From: a virus
Taxonomy: Duplodnaviria > Caudoviricetes
IMG/VR virus record: IMGVR_UViG_3300033145_000490
Coordinates: 1 to 42,466 of that record
Length of the DNA stretch: 42,466 bases
Direction: 5' to 3' (one strand)
Below are positions 8,526-16,166 of the stretch, piece by piece; position 1 is the stretch's first letter, and each line of letters opens with the position of its first letter. Below the pieces are notes generated by a model. That model did not search any database. It had not been told where the DNA came from and saw only the letters and a list, made by a program, of their open reading frames with translations. Made by a program: the position numbers and the translations under genes.

Positions 8526-9016
8526 CGTTTTCCTTTAAATATATAACTAACTTAGCTCTAGCGTTGGCTTCGGATTTATCAAATATTTCTTTAAAGTTTG
8601 CTTTTTGATTCATTCTTCTCATATAATTACTCACCCACATTTCTCTTGAATTTTGATTTTCGCAAACTAAATATCCCACTCTTTTTGAATCTCTGCCACC
8701 ACCACAATTTGAAGTAGAAACATAATTTGGCAACATCTCCCCCAACTCTGCTAAATTATGTTTCCAGCGAGGAATACCTAATTCAACTAACTTATTACGC
8801 AGTTCTTCTGAAGGATATAACTTAGCCATTGAATATCCATAGTGAGGATTTTTCTTTCCTTTGTTATCCCAACCTAAAATTTCTCTTTTATGTTTCTCTT
8901 GTTCTTCTTGGGATATTTAGTTTGCGAAAATCAAAATTCAAGAGAAATTCTGCCAACTCTCTTAAATCTTCAATACTTAATTCATTTATTTCTTCTTTTA
9001 ATTCTTCTATTGTCAT
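8509..9016 (-). pseudogene. Hypothetical phage gene split by a 40-bp inverted insertion (now ORFs 8888..9016 and 8509..8829)
   Basis: Removing 8909-8948 fuses the two ORFs into one 155-aa frame, MTIEELKEEINELSIEDLRELAEEEQEKHKREILG...AELGEMLP...EANARAKLVIYLKEN. Strong SD at the 9016 start. Confidence 0.7.
8639..8948. repeat. Perfect 40-bp inverted repeat (arms 8639-8678 and 8909-8948)
   Basis: atttctcttgaattttgattttcgcaaactaaatatccca and its exact reverse complement, 230 bp apart. Confidence 0.95.
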
Positions 9017-9037
9017 CACTCCTCCTTAATAATCAAT

Positions 9038-9226
9038 TCACTTTTGTATTTCTTCTACAAATTCATTAAGGGATTTTTGCAAACTTTTCAAATCTTCTAA
9101 AGTGTAATTTCTATAATTATAAATTTCTGGACTTACATCTAATACAACACAAAAGAATCCATCATTACCATCTTTTTCAAAATATCCTCTTCTGTGGTTA
9201 GAAATAACTTTTTTAAATATCTCCAT
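9038..9226 (-). CDS. Hypothetical protein (62 aa)
   Basis: SD AGGAGGAG; tight packing with neighbours. Confidence 0.7.
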   Translation of the reverse strand: MEIFKKVISNHRRGYFEKDGNDGFFCVVLDVSPEIYNYRNYTLEDLKSLQKSLNEFVEEIQK

Positions 9227-9409
9227 TCACTCCTCCTTTATTAAACCACAATGTCCTGAACGCATTTTGCTAACATCTTTATCTACCCACAATCTACAAT
9301 TTTCTTTTTGACAATAGATTACCGTTATAGCAGAAAGAGTTAATCCTGTTTCTTTAGTATATTCATTTTTTGGTTTACTCATTATTGGACAAATTTTATC
9401 TCTCATCAT
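9227..9409 (-). CDS. Small four-Cys protein, paralog of 15196..15402
   Basis: KICPIMS...CQKENCRLW...GHCGLIKEE. Confidence 0.75.
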   Translation of the reverse strand: MMRDKICPIMSKPKNEYTKETGLTLSAITVIYCQKENCRLWVDKDVSKMRSGHCGLIKEE

Positions 9410-9582
9410 TCTCCTTTCACTATCAATTCACATTGGTTGCTCTCATGAAGAACAACTTGTGTTAAGTTTCTCCTATCTACTAATTTTTTACAATTCTTAC
9501 ATTCGTGATAATATTGCAAAGGATTCTTATATTCAATAATGTTTCCATCTTTATCTATTGGATGTCCTATTATATCTTTCAT
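9406..9582 (-). CDS. Small hypothetical protein (58 aa)
   Basis: Not in the track. MKDIIGHPIDKDG...ECKNCKK...HESNQC; SD AGGAGGAG. Confidence 0.65.
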   Translation of the reverse strand: MKDIIGHPIDKDGNIIEYKNPLQYYHECKNCKKLVDRRNLTQVVLHESNQCELIVKGE

Positions 9583-9723
9583 CACTCCTCCTTAATAATA
9601 AGACTACTTGCTTTAGCTTTGAGGGCTTGAGCTATGTTGCGAGGAATTATTGCTAATACAATATTCTCTCTCTGGTATATTCTTTTTTTCTTCAGGCAGA
9701 ACGCCCATATCTTTAATTTTCAT
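9582..9723 (-). pseudogene. Frameshifted small ORF or gene remnant
   Basis: MKIKDMGVLPEEKKNIPER in one frame and NIVLAIIPRNIAQALKAKASSLIIKEE* in another, switching at an (AG)4 run near 9665-9673. Confidence 0.4.
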
Positions 9724-9851
9724 TTCTCACCTTTATTTAATCTATTAATAATCTCTATTATCAATTTTCTATTATCAACTACATCTTCAAAAGAAGCCAT
9801 TGAAACGTCAATATTATTTGGAAGTTCTATTTTCTTTTTGGGTTCATTCAT
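9720..9851 (-). CDS. Small hypothetical protein (43 aa)
   Basis: Not in the track. MNEPKKKIELPNNIDVS..., coupled to neighbours at both ends. Confidence 0.55.
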   Translation of the reverse strand: MNEPKKKIELPNNIDVSMASFEDVVDNRKLIIEIINRLNKGEK

Positions 9852-10272
9852 TTATTTTCCTTTGTCTTTTTTTATCCTTGCATTTTTTAGCTGGAGAATT
9901 ATCAGAAACAAGATACAAGGTAAATACAACTCGTGGCTCTTTATCGGCGAGAAATATCTCAGCACTTAATTCTTGTAATTGCGAATCGTCTTTCCAAACA
10001 CTAGCAATCGTTATGCCATCCATTAAATTTTTAATTAAATTATCGATGTCGATTCTTTGTTTATTTGAACGATAAAAAGTAGCTTTTAATCCAAACTTAT
10101 TATTCTCATCTGGCGCGTGTCTATATTTAGAGCGAATATATGAAGCGACTAACTCTTTGTATTCTTTTGATTTTCGAGGAGTATATACATACCCCCTGCC
10201 CATTCTCGGTCTTTGATTCGCAACTGGATTTCCTGGAATAGTTAAATAAAATAATACTTTTTTATCATTCAT
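9844..10272 (-). CDS. rusA: RusA-family Holliday junction resolvase
   Basis: IPGNPVANQRPR...YTP, DIDNLIKNLMDG and WKDDSQ motifs. Confidence 0.9.
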   Translation of the reverse strand: MNDKKVLFYLTIPGNPVANQRPRMGRGYVYTPRKSKEYKELVASYIRSKYRHAPDENNKFGLKATFYRSNKQRIDIDNLIKNLMDGITIASVWKDDSQLQELSAEIFLADKEPRVVFTLYLVSDNSPAKKCKDKKRQRKINE

Positions 10273-10293
10273 TAAAATTCCTTCTGTTCTTGT

Positions 10294-10752
10294 CTAGCCA
10301 TTTGATACCTCCTTTTTAAATATAACTATACAACTTGGAAATGGCGCTGAGTTTTTACTCCCGCCAAATTTTAATCTTCCTTTTCTGCCAAGTAAGATAT
10401 ATTCGGGATTAGCTCTTGTTGCGTTCCCCATTCCCCAGAACAAAGTATTTGTGCTTTTGGTATTCATTTTTATCCAAGTAAATGCTATCGTAAATAAAAC
10501 AAATCCCCAACTTTTTAAAACATCTAATCCTTCTTGAATACAGGGAGCAGTAACCCATAGAAATAAATAACAGTTCTTATCTACTATACTTTGAACATTT
10601 AAAGATTTAATTAGCTCAATATCCATTGTAGTATAAAACTTTTTAGCTAGTCCTCTTGCAGATTTAATTCCACCTGATTTACGATAACTCCACGGTGGAT
10701 CAGCAAGAATAATCTGGTACTTTTTAGAATTTTGAGTATTTTCCAATAACAT
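10294..10752 (-). CDS. MT-A70-family adenine methyltransferase with a phage-Dam-like C-terminus (chimera)
   Basis: IILADPPW, LFLWVT, SWGF, FTWIK and GMGNATRANPE match MT-A70; the tail GRLKFGGSKNSAPFPSCIVIF resembles the end of phage Dam. Confidence 0.8.
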   Translation of the reverse strand: MLLENTQNSKKYQIILADPPWSYRKSGGIKSARGLAKKFYTTMDIELIKSLNVQSIVDKNCYLFLWVTAPCIQEGLDVLKSWGFVLFTIAFTWIKMNTKSTNTLFWGMGNATRANPEYILLGRKGRLKFGGSKNSAPFPSCIVIFKKEVSNG

Positions 10753-11137
10753 ATTTAGTATCTCCTTTTTCTTTAAAGTCTATACATTGTTTTAAATATC
10801 CCAATTCTGTTGTAAGTAAGTGTCTACCCAAATATTCTACTTTCTTCATATTTATAAATACGAAAGCAACGCAATCAATTTTAATAGATTCTATAGCGCG
10901 TATAGAACCCTTAGAACTTCTAAGAGAAAATCTATATACGTCTTTATTTTTTCCATAAGTAGATTTTTTGGTGCAAGTTTTTACTTGTATTCTATAAATT
11001 TTTCCCTTAATATCAACTAATACATCATAAGGTAATCCTTGATCTGCAAGGAAGGCATTATATCCTTGAGTAATCAAATCACAACAAACCAAATGTTCAC
11101 CCGCTTTACCAATTTGCAATTCTTTAGATAAACTCAT
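10724..11137 (-). CDS. PD-(D/E)XK endonuclease (homing-endonuclease-like)
   Basis: GKAGEHLV...PYDVLVD...RIQVKT. Start moved to 11137 because SD AAGGAGGA precedes it. Confidence 0.8.
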   Translation of the reverse strand: MSLSKELQIGKAGEHLVCCDLITQGYNAFLADQGLPYDVLVDIKGKIYRIQVKTCTKKSTYGKNKDVYRFSLRSSKGSIRAIESIKIDCVAFVFINMKKVEYLGRHLLTTELGYLKQCIDFKEKGDTKYVIGKYSKF

Positions 11138-11157
11138 AAATTCCTCCTTTATATGGT

Positions 11158-11186
11158 AGCTTATCATATAATACAATCTTTGTCAA
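11158..11186 (-). promoter_or_regulatory. Sigma70-type promoter TTGACA-17-TAAGCT with extended -10 TG
   Basis: Read directly, in an intergenic gap ahead of the endonuclease and methyltransferase pair. Confidence 0.6.
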
Positions 11187-11212
11187 GTCAGCATATATTA
11201 TTTGATATTTTT

Positions 11213-11860
11213 TCATCTAAACAACTCCGACTGTATGTCTCTTTTGCTTTCATTAAGAATGTGAAGGCCTAAATATGGATTGACACAATTTGCCAATGTT
11301 TTTTGTTTATCCTTTATACTATATTTAGATAAATCAAATCCTAAATATTGCTCAAGTATCTTTACACTTCCCCTACATTCTCGTCTAGTTGAACTCCTGC
11401 AATTTGTTACACTTACATTTAATTCTTTTTTTAAACCACTTTCCCAACCACCAATAAAAAAATTAGTCCAAAAATAATGCCTATCCCTTTCTATTGGATG
11501 GAACATTGGTTCATAATAGCTTTTCACATTTTCAATGCAAAATTTTGTCTTGCAAAACTGCTTTAAGAAAACGATTTCTTGCCATAACGCCATATCTGGG
11601 TATCTTATACAACCTTGAGCGTGAAGAAAGTTATTAACATTACTATGTGTCGGACATGGTGGACTACTCCAAATAAAATCAAACTCATTAAAGTGTTTAA
11701 GTAAATAAGAATGAGCATCCCCGATAACCATTTTGTCTTTTGGAAAGAAGTCTTGATATATCTTGGCAATCTGTTCATTATTCTCAACAGCAGTAACCTC
11801 AACATCTTCCCATAATTTACGATTACCACCTATGCCTGCATAGAGATTAAGTATTTTCAT
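11213..11860 (-). CDS. Compact C5-cytosine DNA methyltransferase
   Basis: Motif I LNLYAGIGG, motif IV SSPPCPTHS, motif VI IENV, RDRHYFWTN, motif X LANCV. Probable start is MKILNL at 11860. Confidence 0.88.
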   Translation of the reverse strand: MKILNLYAGIGGNRKLWEDVEVTAVENNEQIAKIYQDFFPKDKMVIGDAHSYLLKHFNEFDFIWSSPPCPTHSNVNNFLHAQGCIRYPDMALWQEIVFLKQFCKTKFCIENVKSYYEPMFHPIERDRHYFWTNFFIGGWESGLKKELNVSVTNCRSSTRRECRGSVKILEQYLGFDLSKYSIKDKQKTLANCVNPYLGLHILNESKRDIQSELFR

Positions 11861-11881
11861 CTTACCCCCCAACAGAAACAT

Positions 11882-12223
11882 TTAGCTTTTTAATAATTCA
11901 ACCATACCCTCAATTTTATTTGCCACTTTCTCAGGATCGCTAAAAATCTCAACCGAAAGAAATCTCAATAATTCTATATTATAATTTCTTGCTAAATAAT
12001 CTTTATATAAATCGTTTGTTCGTTGTTTAAGAGTAGAATGAAATTGTTTGCTATCAACCTCAATTAATAAAATAGTGTTTTCATTAATCAATAATACAAA
12101 ATCATATCTTTTATCTTCTATCCAATGTTGTGTTTGAACACCTTTTATCATTGATAATATCTCATAATTTACAAGAATATTATTATAAAAATGTTCTTCT
12201 AAAATACTATCGAATTTAATCAT
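11882..12223 (-). CDS. DUF559/Vsr-like endonuclease
   Basis: Q..I...RYDF...IEVDSKQFH...D..KD.......LLRF pattern. Confidence 0.75.
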   Translation of the reverse strand: MIKFDSILEEHFYNNILVNYEILSMIKGVQTQHWIEDKRYDFVLLINENTILLIEVDSKQFHSTLKQRTNDLYKDYLARNYNIELLRFLSVEIFSDPEKVANKIEGMVELLKS

Positions 12224-13118
12224 TTCTTTTTATCTCTACCTCTGCTACACCAAAAACTTTTTCACCATCTGAATATCGCCTTATTAAAAAACTCCTAACT
12301 TTACTCCAATATTGTTCAGGTAATTCTTTAAGTACCTTAATAACCATATCCTTAGTGGCCATTTTATTGAGTTGATCTAAAATTATTTTATCAGCCTTAA
12401 TACTTAACTGACCCTTCTGAGGTTTGTTCATTTTTAAAACTAATTGATCATACTGTTTGCGTAGTTTCTCTGTAGATAATATATTGTTCTGCCAGAAATC
12501 ATCTTGTTGGCACCAAAGCATTACTTTTTCAATTTCATCTGGATTACGTTTATCTATATAGATCATTCGGTTAATATGACTACCCCATTTTTGAAGATCG
12601 GGTTTTTTAAAATCAGGTTTTCTTTTTAAAATAATTTCTAATAATAATTGAGAAAGTTTTAACTCGAGAGAGTTCGGACTATATAATAGGTTATGTATGT
12701 TATGTTGGTTATCTATGTTGTCTGTCTTTTGACTGACTTTAGACTGACTAAAGACTGTCTTATGCTTTTTGTATATCTGTTTGAGTTTATTAGGGTTAGA
12801 AATGCGGTATTTTGTAGTTAAATATCGCCCTGCTCTTTCTAACCAGTCGTGAATTAAGATAATTTTAGGGTTTTTATCAATCCAACCATCCAAAAGTGCT
12901 TCATAAAATCTTTTTGGATCTTCTCTCCAATCTGCGTATTCAGCTATATCTTCAATACTCCATTTCGTGATGTCTCCATCCTCGGCTTGTTCCATTACGT
13001 TATGCCAAAGAAAAGTAAGGTGTCCAACCCCTTGAGATATGTCTATATTAAGTCTCCTTATAAACTTTCTAAACTTAGGATTTCTTGTTAATGTTGTATG
13101 GCTTTCAATCCAAGACAT
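12216..13118 (-). CDS. Phage replication initiator (replisome organiser)
   Basis: MSWIESH N-terminus, HDW, low-complexity linker carrying DNA repeats, and C-terminal WCQQDDFWQNNILSTEKLRKQYDQL. Confidence 0.85.
   Translation of the reverse strand: MSWIESHTTLTRNPKFRKFIRRLNIDISQGVGHLTFLWHNVMEQAEDGDITKWSIEDIAEYADWREDPKRFYEALLDGWIDKNPKIILIHDWLERAGRYLTTKYRISNPNKLKQIYKKHKTVFSQSKVSQKTDNIDNQHNIHNLLYSPNSLELKLSQLLLEIILKRKPDFKKPDLQKWGSHINRMIYIDKRNPDEIEKVMLWCQQDDFWQNNILSTEKLRKQYDQLVLKMNKPQKGQLSIKADKIILDQLNKMATKDMVIKVLKELPEQYWSKVRSFLIRRYSDGEKVFGVAEVEIKRND
12689..12763. repeat. Iteron-like repeats inside the initiator gene (putative replication origin)
   Basis: Four GWCTGWCT units at 11-bp spacing (12720, 12731, 12742, 12753), next to degenerate 9-bp GTTATGT-type repeats. 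Confidence 0.6.
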
Positions 13119-13119
13119 T

Positions 13120-13260
13120 TATCCCCCCAAATAAAATACCCGGGCTGGTTTCCCATTTGATCCGCGTGAGGAACCCGGGCAATAAAAAAAACCGACAGAA
13201 TTATATCGGTTATCAGTTTTTGTTTTGTGTCCATTTAATCCTCACGCTTTTCATACTCTT
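13120..13260 (-). promoter_or_regulatory. Structured leader or attenuator with a 13-codon uORF and intrinsic terminator upstream of the initiator
   Basis: uORF MKSVRIKWTQNKN (13254-13213); hairpin AACCGAT/GTCGGTT plus U-run; complementary GCGTGAGGA/TCCTCACGC; second CCCGGG stem. Confidence 0.6.
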
Positions 13261-13261
13261 T

Positions 13262-13289
13262 ATTATACATAATATTAATTATTTGTCAA
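13262..13289 (-). promoter_or_regulatory. Consensus sigma70 promoter TTGACA-16-TATAAT
   Basis: Exact -35 and -10 hexamers. Confidence 0.8.
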
Positions 13290-13591
13290 GAACTAAATAA
13301 TTCTTCTTGTCGCTCTGTTATCTCATCTGGTCGCTTAATCCGCCAAGCTATAACTATACGACCTGTTATACTACACCTACGCTTACAATCTTCTTTAACA
13401 AGGTCTTTTTTCACAAGTTCATTAGTGCGTCCAGTTACTCTATTTATACTCCATTTAAGTCTATCCGCAAGTTCACTATTAGTCATCGAGACTATATTAA
13501 ATTTAAGGATATTGAAAACAACATTTTGCCTAAAACTTAAAGTCTTTTTAACCTCTTTATATGCTTCTAAAGATGTCGCTTGTATACTCAT
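13286..13591 (-). CDS. Winged-helix DNA-binding protein
   Basis: TSLEAY...MTNSELADRLKWSINRVTGRTNELVKKDLV...CSITGR. Confidence 0.75.
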   Translation of the reverse strand: MSIQATSLEAYKEVKKTLSFRQNVVFNILKFNIVSMTNSELADRLKWSINRVTGRTNELVKKDLVKEDCKRRCSITGRIVIAWRIKRPDEITERQEELFSS

Positions 13592-13605
13592 AACATCCCG
13601 CCTTT

Positions 13606-13806
13606 CTATATCTTTCTAACCTCTACTGCCTGTTCTCCTTTTTTGCCTTCTATAATATTAAATTCTACCTCATCATCTTGTTCAAGATTTTTAAATCCTT
13701 CACCGTCTATTCCAGTGTGATGTACAAATACATCATTTCCTGATTCAGGAGTGATGAATCCGTAGCCTTTCTGACTATTAAACCATTTTACTATTCCTTT
13801 TACCAT
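13606..13806 (-). CDS. csp: Cold-shock protein (CspA family)
   Basis: GIVKWFN, RNP1 KGYGFI, RNP2 DVFVH; 66 aa; SD AAGGAG. Confidence 0.96.
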   Translation of the reverse strand: MVKGIVKWFNSQKGYGFITPESGNDVFVHHTGIDGEGFKNLEQDDEVEFNIIEGKKGEQAVEVRKI

Positions 13807-13825
13807 TGTCGCTTCTCCTTTTTTG

Positions 13826-13897
13826 TCTCCTGCCTGCCCCAGGGGTGTAATCCGTAAAACCTTCGCGTAAAACGGACTTCAGGGCAGGACTAGGAGC
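13826..13897 (-). promoter_or_regulatory. GC-rich long stem-loop in the csp 5' region
   Basis: Nested pairings CTCCT/AGGAG, CCTGCCCT/GGGGCAGG and GTCCGT/ACGGAT. Confidence 0.5.
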
Positions 13898-13901
13898 AAT
13901 A

Positions 13902-15194
13902 TTATTGTTCTTTTTTAATTTCTTTTCCATCTACTGCCTTAATCTCTCCTGATTCTATATAGAAACCGATTTCTCCTGATTCATCACAACACTCAAGCCA
14001 TACTTGGTAATCTTTATCCTTGGCTTGATTTATAATCTCAGACAAATTGCTTTTATCTAACAATGATCCTTCCCTAATGAATATAACTTTAAGTTGTGGA
14101 TTCAAAGCCATGCCTATTGCTGTTGATACTCTAATCTGCTGACCAGAAGATAACCTATCAAAGCGATCACCTTTATACATAACTGCATCGTCGGAAAGCG
14201 ATAAATCTGGTATCGGAAATTGTGCATTGGCCACTTGAGTTGATTTATCTTGATCTAAACGAGCTAATTTTGCTGATAAGACATCTGATTCTTTCTTTAA
14301 TTTATCCGCTGTCTTAATACTTTCTCTATAACGCTTGGCTGCTCGGATGTCTGCATTTTGTTTTTCGATGTCTTCTAGGGCTGACTCGGCTTCAATAATC
14401 TGAATCTCCGTAACCTCTGGTATCTGCTGTTGAGTGAGCCAAGCGCTCTTTTTTAATTCTCCATTTTCTACAAGCAAAGCCTCTATCTTTATGTTCAATT
14501 CATCTATCTTTGCCTTTATCTCTGCAATAACGTTTTCATTAGCAACTATATGTATTTCAATTTCCGCCTTCTGCCGTGCTATCGTTTCAAACGTCGACCT
14601 CTTCCGCCTCAACTCATTAATCTTCTCAAGCTCTGTTTTATATGATATTTCCTCGTCCGGTGTCTTAGGATCTGGCGCTTCTGTATTCTTAAGATGCGCT
14701 ATACTTTCTTTGATTTTACAATTAAGAACAGTTCTCTCCCCATAAACAACATCTTTATCTTTATCAAGATCTGCAAAATCAAGGCCTGCTATCTTCTTTA
14801 AAAGCTCTATTCTGTCCATAGATTTCATATCCTTGAACCCCATAGGATCAAACGAAAGGGTACCAATCTTCTCATCGAGAAAAGTTTGAGGACTTGAATA
14901 CTTAATTTTTTTGCCTTCTTCGTTTGTAGAATATACCTGGATGTTCTCGCCCTTGTCCGTCCACACTTTCTTTACGGTAAAGTCGCCCATATCTACTATT
15001 GTATCTGCCCTATCTTCACCATGTCTGATAACGTCCTTAAGTCGCTTCCCTGTCAAAGTTGAAAATATGGCATCAATAACCGCTGACTTTCCTGCTCCAT
15101 TTTTACCAGTCAAAAATACTCCATTATCTCCAGGTGTAATTTCAATCGCTTTTAGATTTTTGATATTCCTACCAATAAATTTTACTATCTTCAT
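13902..15194 (-). CDS. SMC/Rad50-like ABC ATPase with coiled coil
   Basis: Walker A GKNGAGKS, central coiled coil, signature LSSGQ, degenerate Walker B IFIREGSLLD. Confidence 0.88.
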   Translation of the reverse strand: MKIVKFIGRNIKNLKAIEITPGDNGVFLTGKNGAGKSAVIDAIFSTLTGKRLKDVIRHGEDRADTIVDMGDFTVKKVWTDKGENIQVYSTNEEGKKIKYSSPQTFLDEKIGTLSFDPMGFKDMKSMDRIELLKKIAGLDFADLDKDKDVVYGERTVLNCKIKESIAHLKNTEAPDPKTPDEEISYKTELEKINELRRKRSTFETIARQKAEIEIHIVANENVIAEIKAKIDELNIKIEALLVENGELKKSAWLTQQQIPEVTEIQIIEAESALEDIEKQNADIRAAKRYRESIKTADKLKKESDVLSAKLARLDQDKSTQVANAQFPIPDLSLSDDAVMYKGDRFDRLSSGQQIRVSTAIGMALNPQLKVIFIREGSLLDKSNLSEIINQAKDKDYQVWLECCDESGEIGFYIESGEIKAVDGKEIKKEQ

Positions 15195-15195
15195 C

Positions 15196-15402
15196 TTACT
15201 TTTCCTCCTTAATTAAACCGCAATGACCTGGTATTAAAGTCCACCCTTTGCTACTATCTCTTTTTTCATCTCTTGTCCACAACTGGCATTTTTCTTCTAA
15301 ACATTCTACTTCTTCCAAGCGATAATCCATCCTTTCTCGATTATATTCATCTTGAAATGGATAACCACATAATTTACTTAGTCGTGGACAAGTCTTATTC
15401 AT
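15196..15402 (-). CDS. Small four-Cys protein, paralog of 9227..9409
   Basis: KTCPRLS...CLEEKCQLW...GHCGLIKEEK. Confidence 0.75.
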   Translation of the reverse strand: MNKTCPRLSKLCGYPFQDEYNRERMDYRLEEVECLEEKCQLWTRDEKRDSSKGWTLIPGHCGLIKEEK

Positions 15403-16166
15403 TGCTCTGTACTCCCTTCTCCTTCATTGCTATACCATACTATCTTCTTCTCTATATGCTCACAATGCTCGCACGTCATTGATGCCTTTGGTCTTTTACC
15501 TCTAAGACATTCGGCTGCTTTTCTTATTAATTCTTTTGCTCTTTCGCTGCTACAAGGAATTTTAAAAACGCTGATGCCAAATCGAGTAATCGTTTCATGA
15601 TAATGAGATACCTTCTCTACATCTTTAAGTTTATGTATTTCAAGAGTATGCACATTTGTAGGATAAAAATAAACAAGGTATCCTATTTCTTTTATTTTAT
15701 ATCCTGTCGATAAAAGCATAAGGTTGTAACAATCAAGTTGCGTTTGATAATATTGTGAACCATCATCTTTTGGCTCTGAACCTTTAGTCTTATAGTCGAG
15801 TGGAATATAATATTCTGTCGGAGGAACTGTCGATAAATCTGCATAAACCACACAATCATCAATCGCCCCAATCAAAAGAATGTTGTTCACTTCGTCATTA
15901 TACGTCATACCTGTTCGCCAAAACCGCCATCGTTTAAGTAAGGCTTGGTCTTTCATTAAAGCTCCTTCTACTCGGTCTTTAATTTCTGGTGGCATACTTC
16001 CTCTAAAATTATCAAAATGTTTCTTGATAACTAAATCCATTCCACCAGGAAGCGATGGAAATATCCCCCGAGGTTTTACAATCTTAAGCGTGTACGTATC
16101 ATAGAAACATCTCGGGCAATCATTAAACATATTAAGTTTACTCGGACTAAGCTTTATCTGTTCCAC
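15399..16166 (-). CDS. PD-(D/E)XK (RecB/Cas4-like) nuclease
   Basis: LSPSKL..CPRCFY, GAIDD, LDYKT, QLDCY, CEHC. Confidence 0.85.
   Translation of the reverse strand: MEQIKLSPSKLNMFNDCPRCFYDTYTLKIVKPRGIFPSLPGGMDLVIKKHFDNFRGSMPPEIKDRVEGALMKDQALLKRWRFWRTGMTYNDEVNNILLIGAIDDCVVYADLSTVPPTEYYIPLDYKTKGSEPKDDGSQYYQTQLDCYNLMLLSTGYKIKEIGYLVYFYPTNVHTLEIHKLKDVEKVSHYHETITRFGISVFKIPCSSERAKELIRKAAECLRGKRPKASMTCEHCEHIEKKIVWYSNEGEGSTEQ

Noticed and set aside
13826-13897. tRNA or known riboswitch in the GC-rich intergenic stems
   Set aside because: No cloverleaf, T-loop or riboswitch consensus that I recognise; kept only as an unassigned structured leader.
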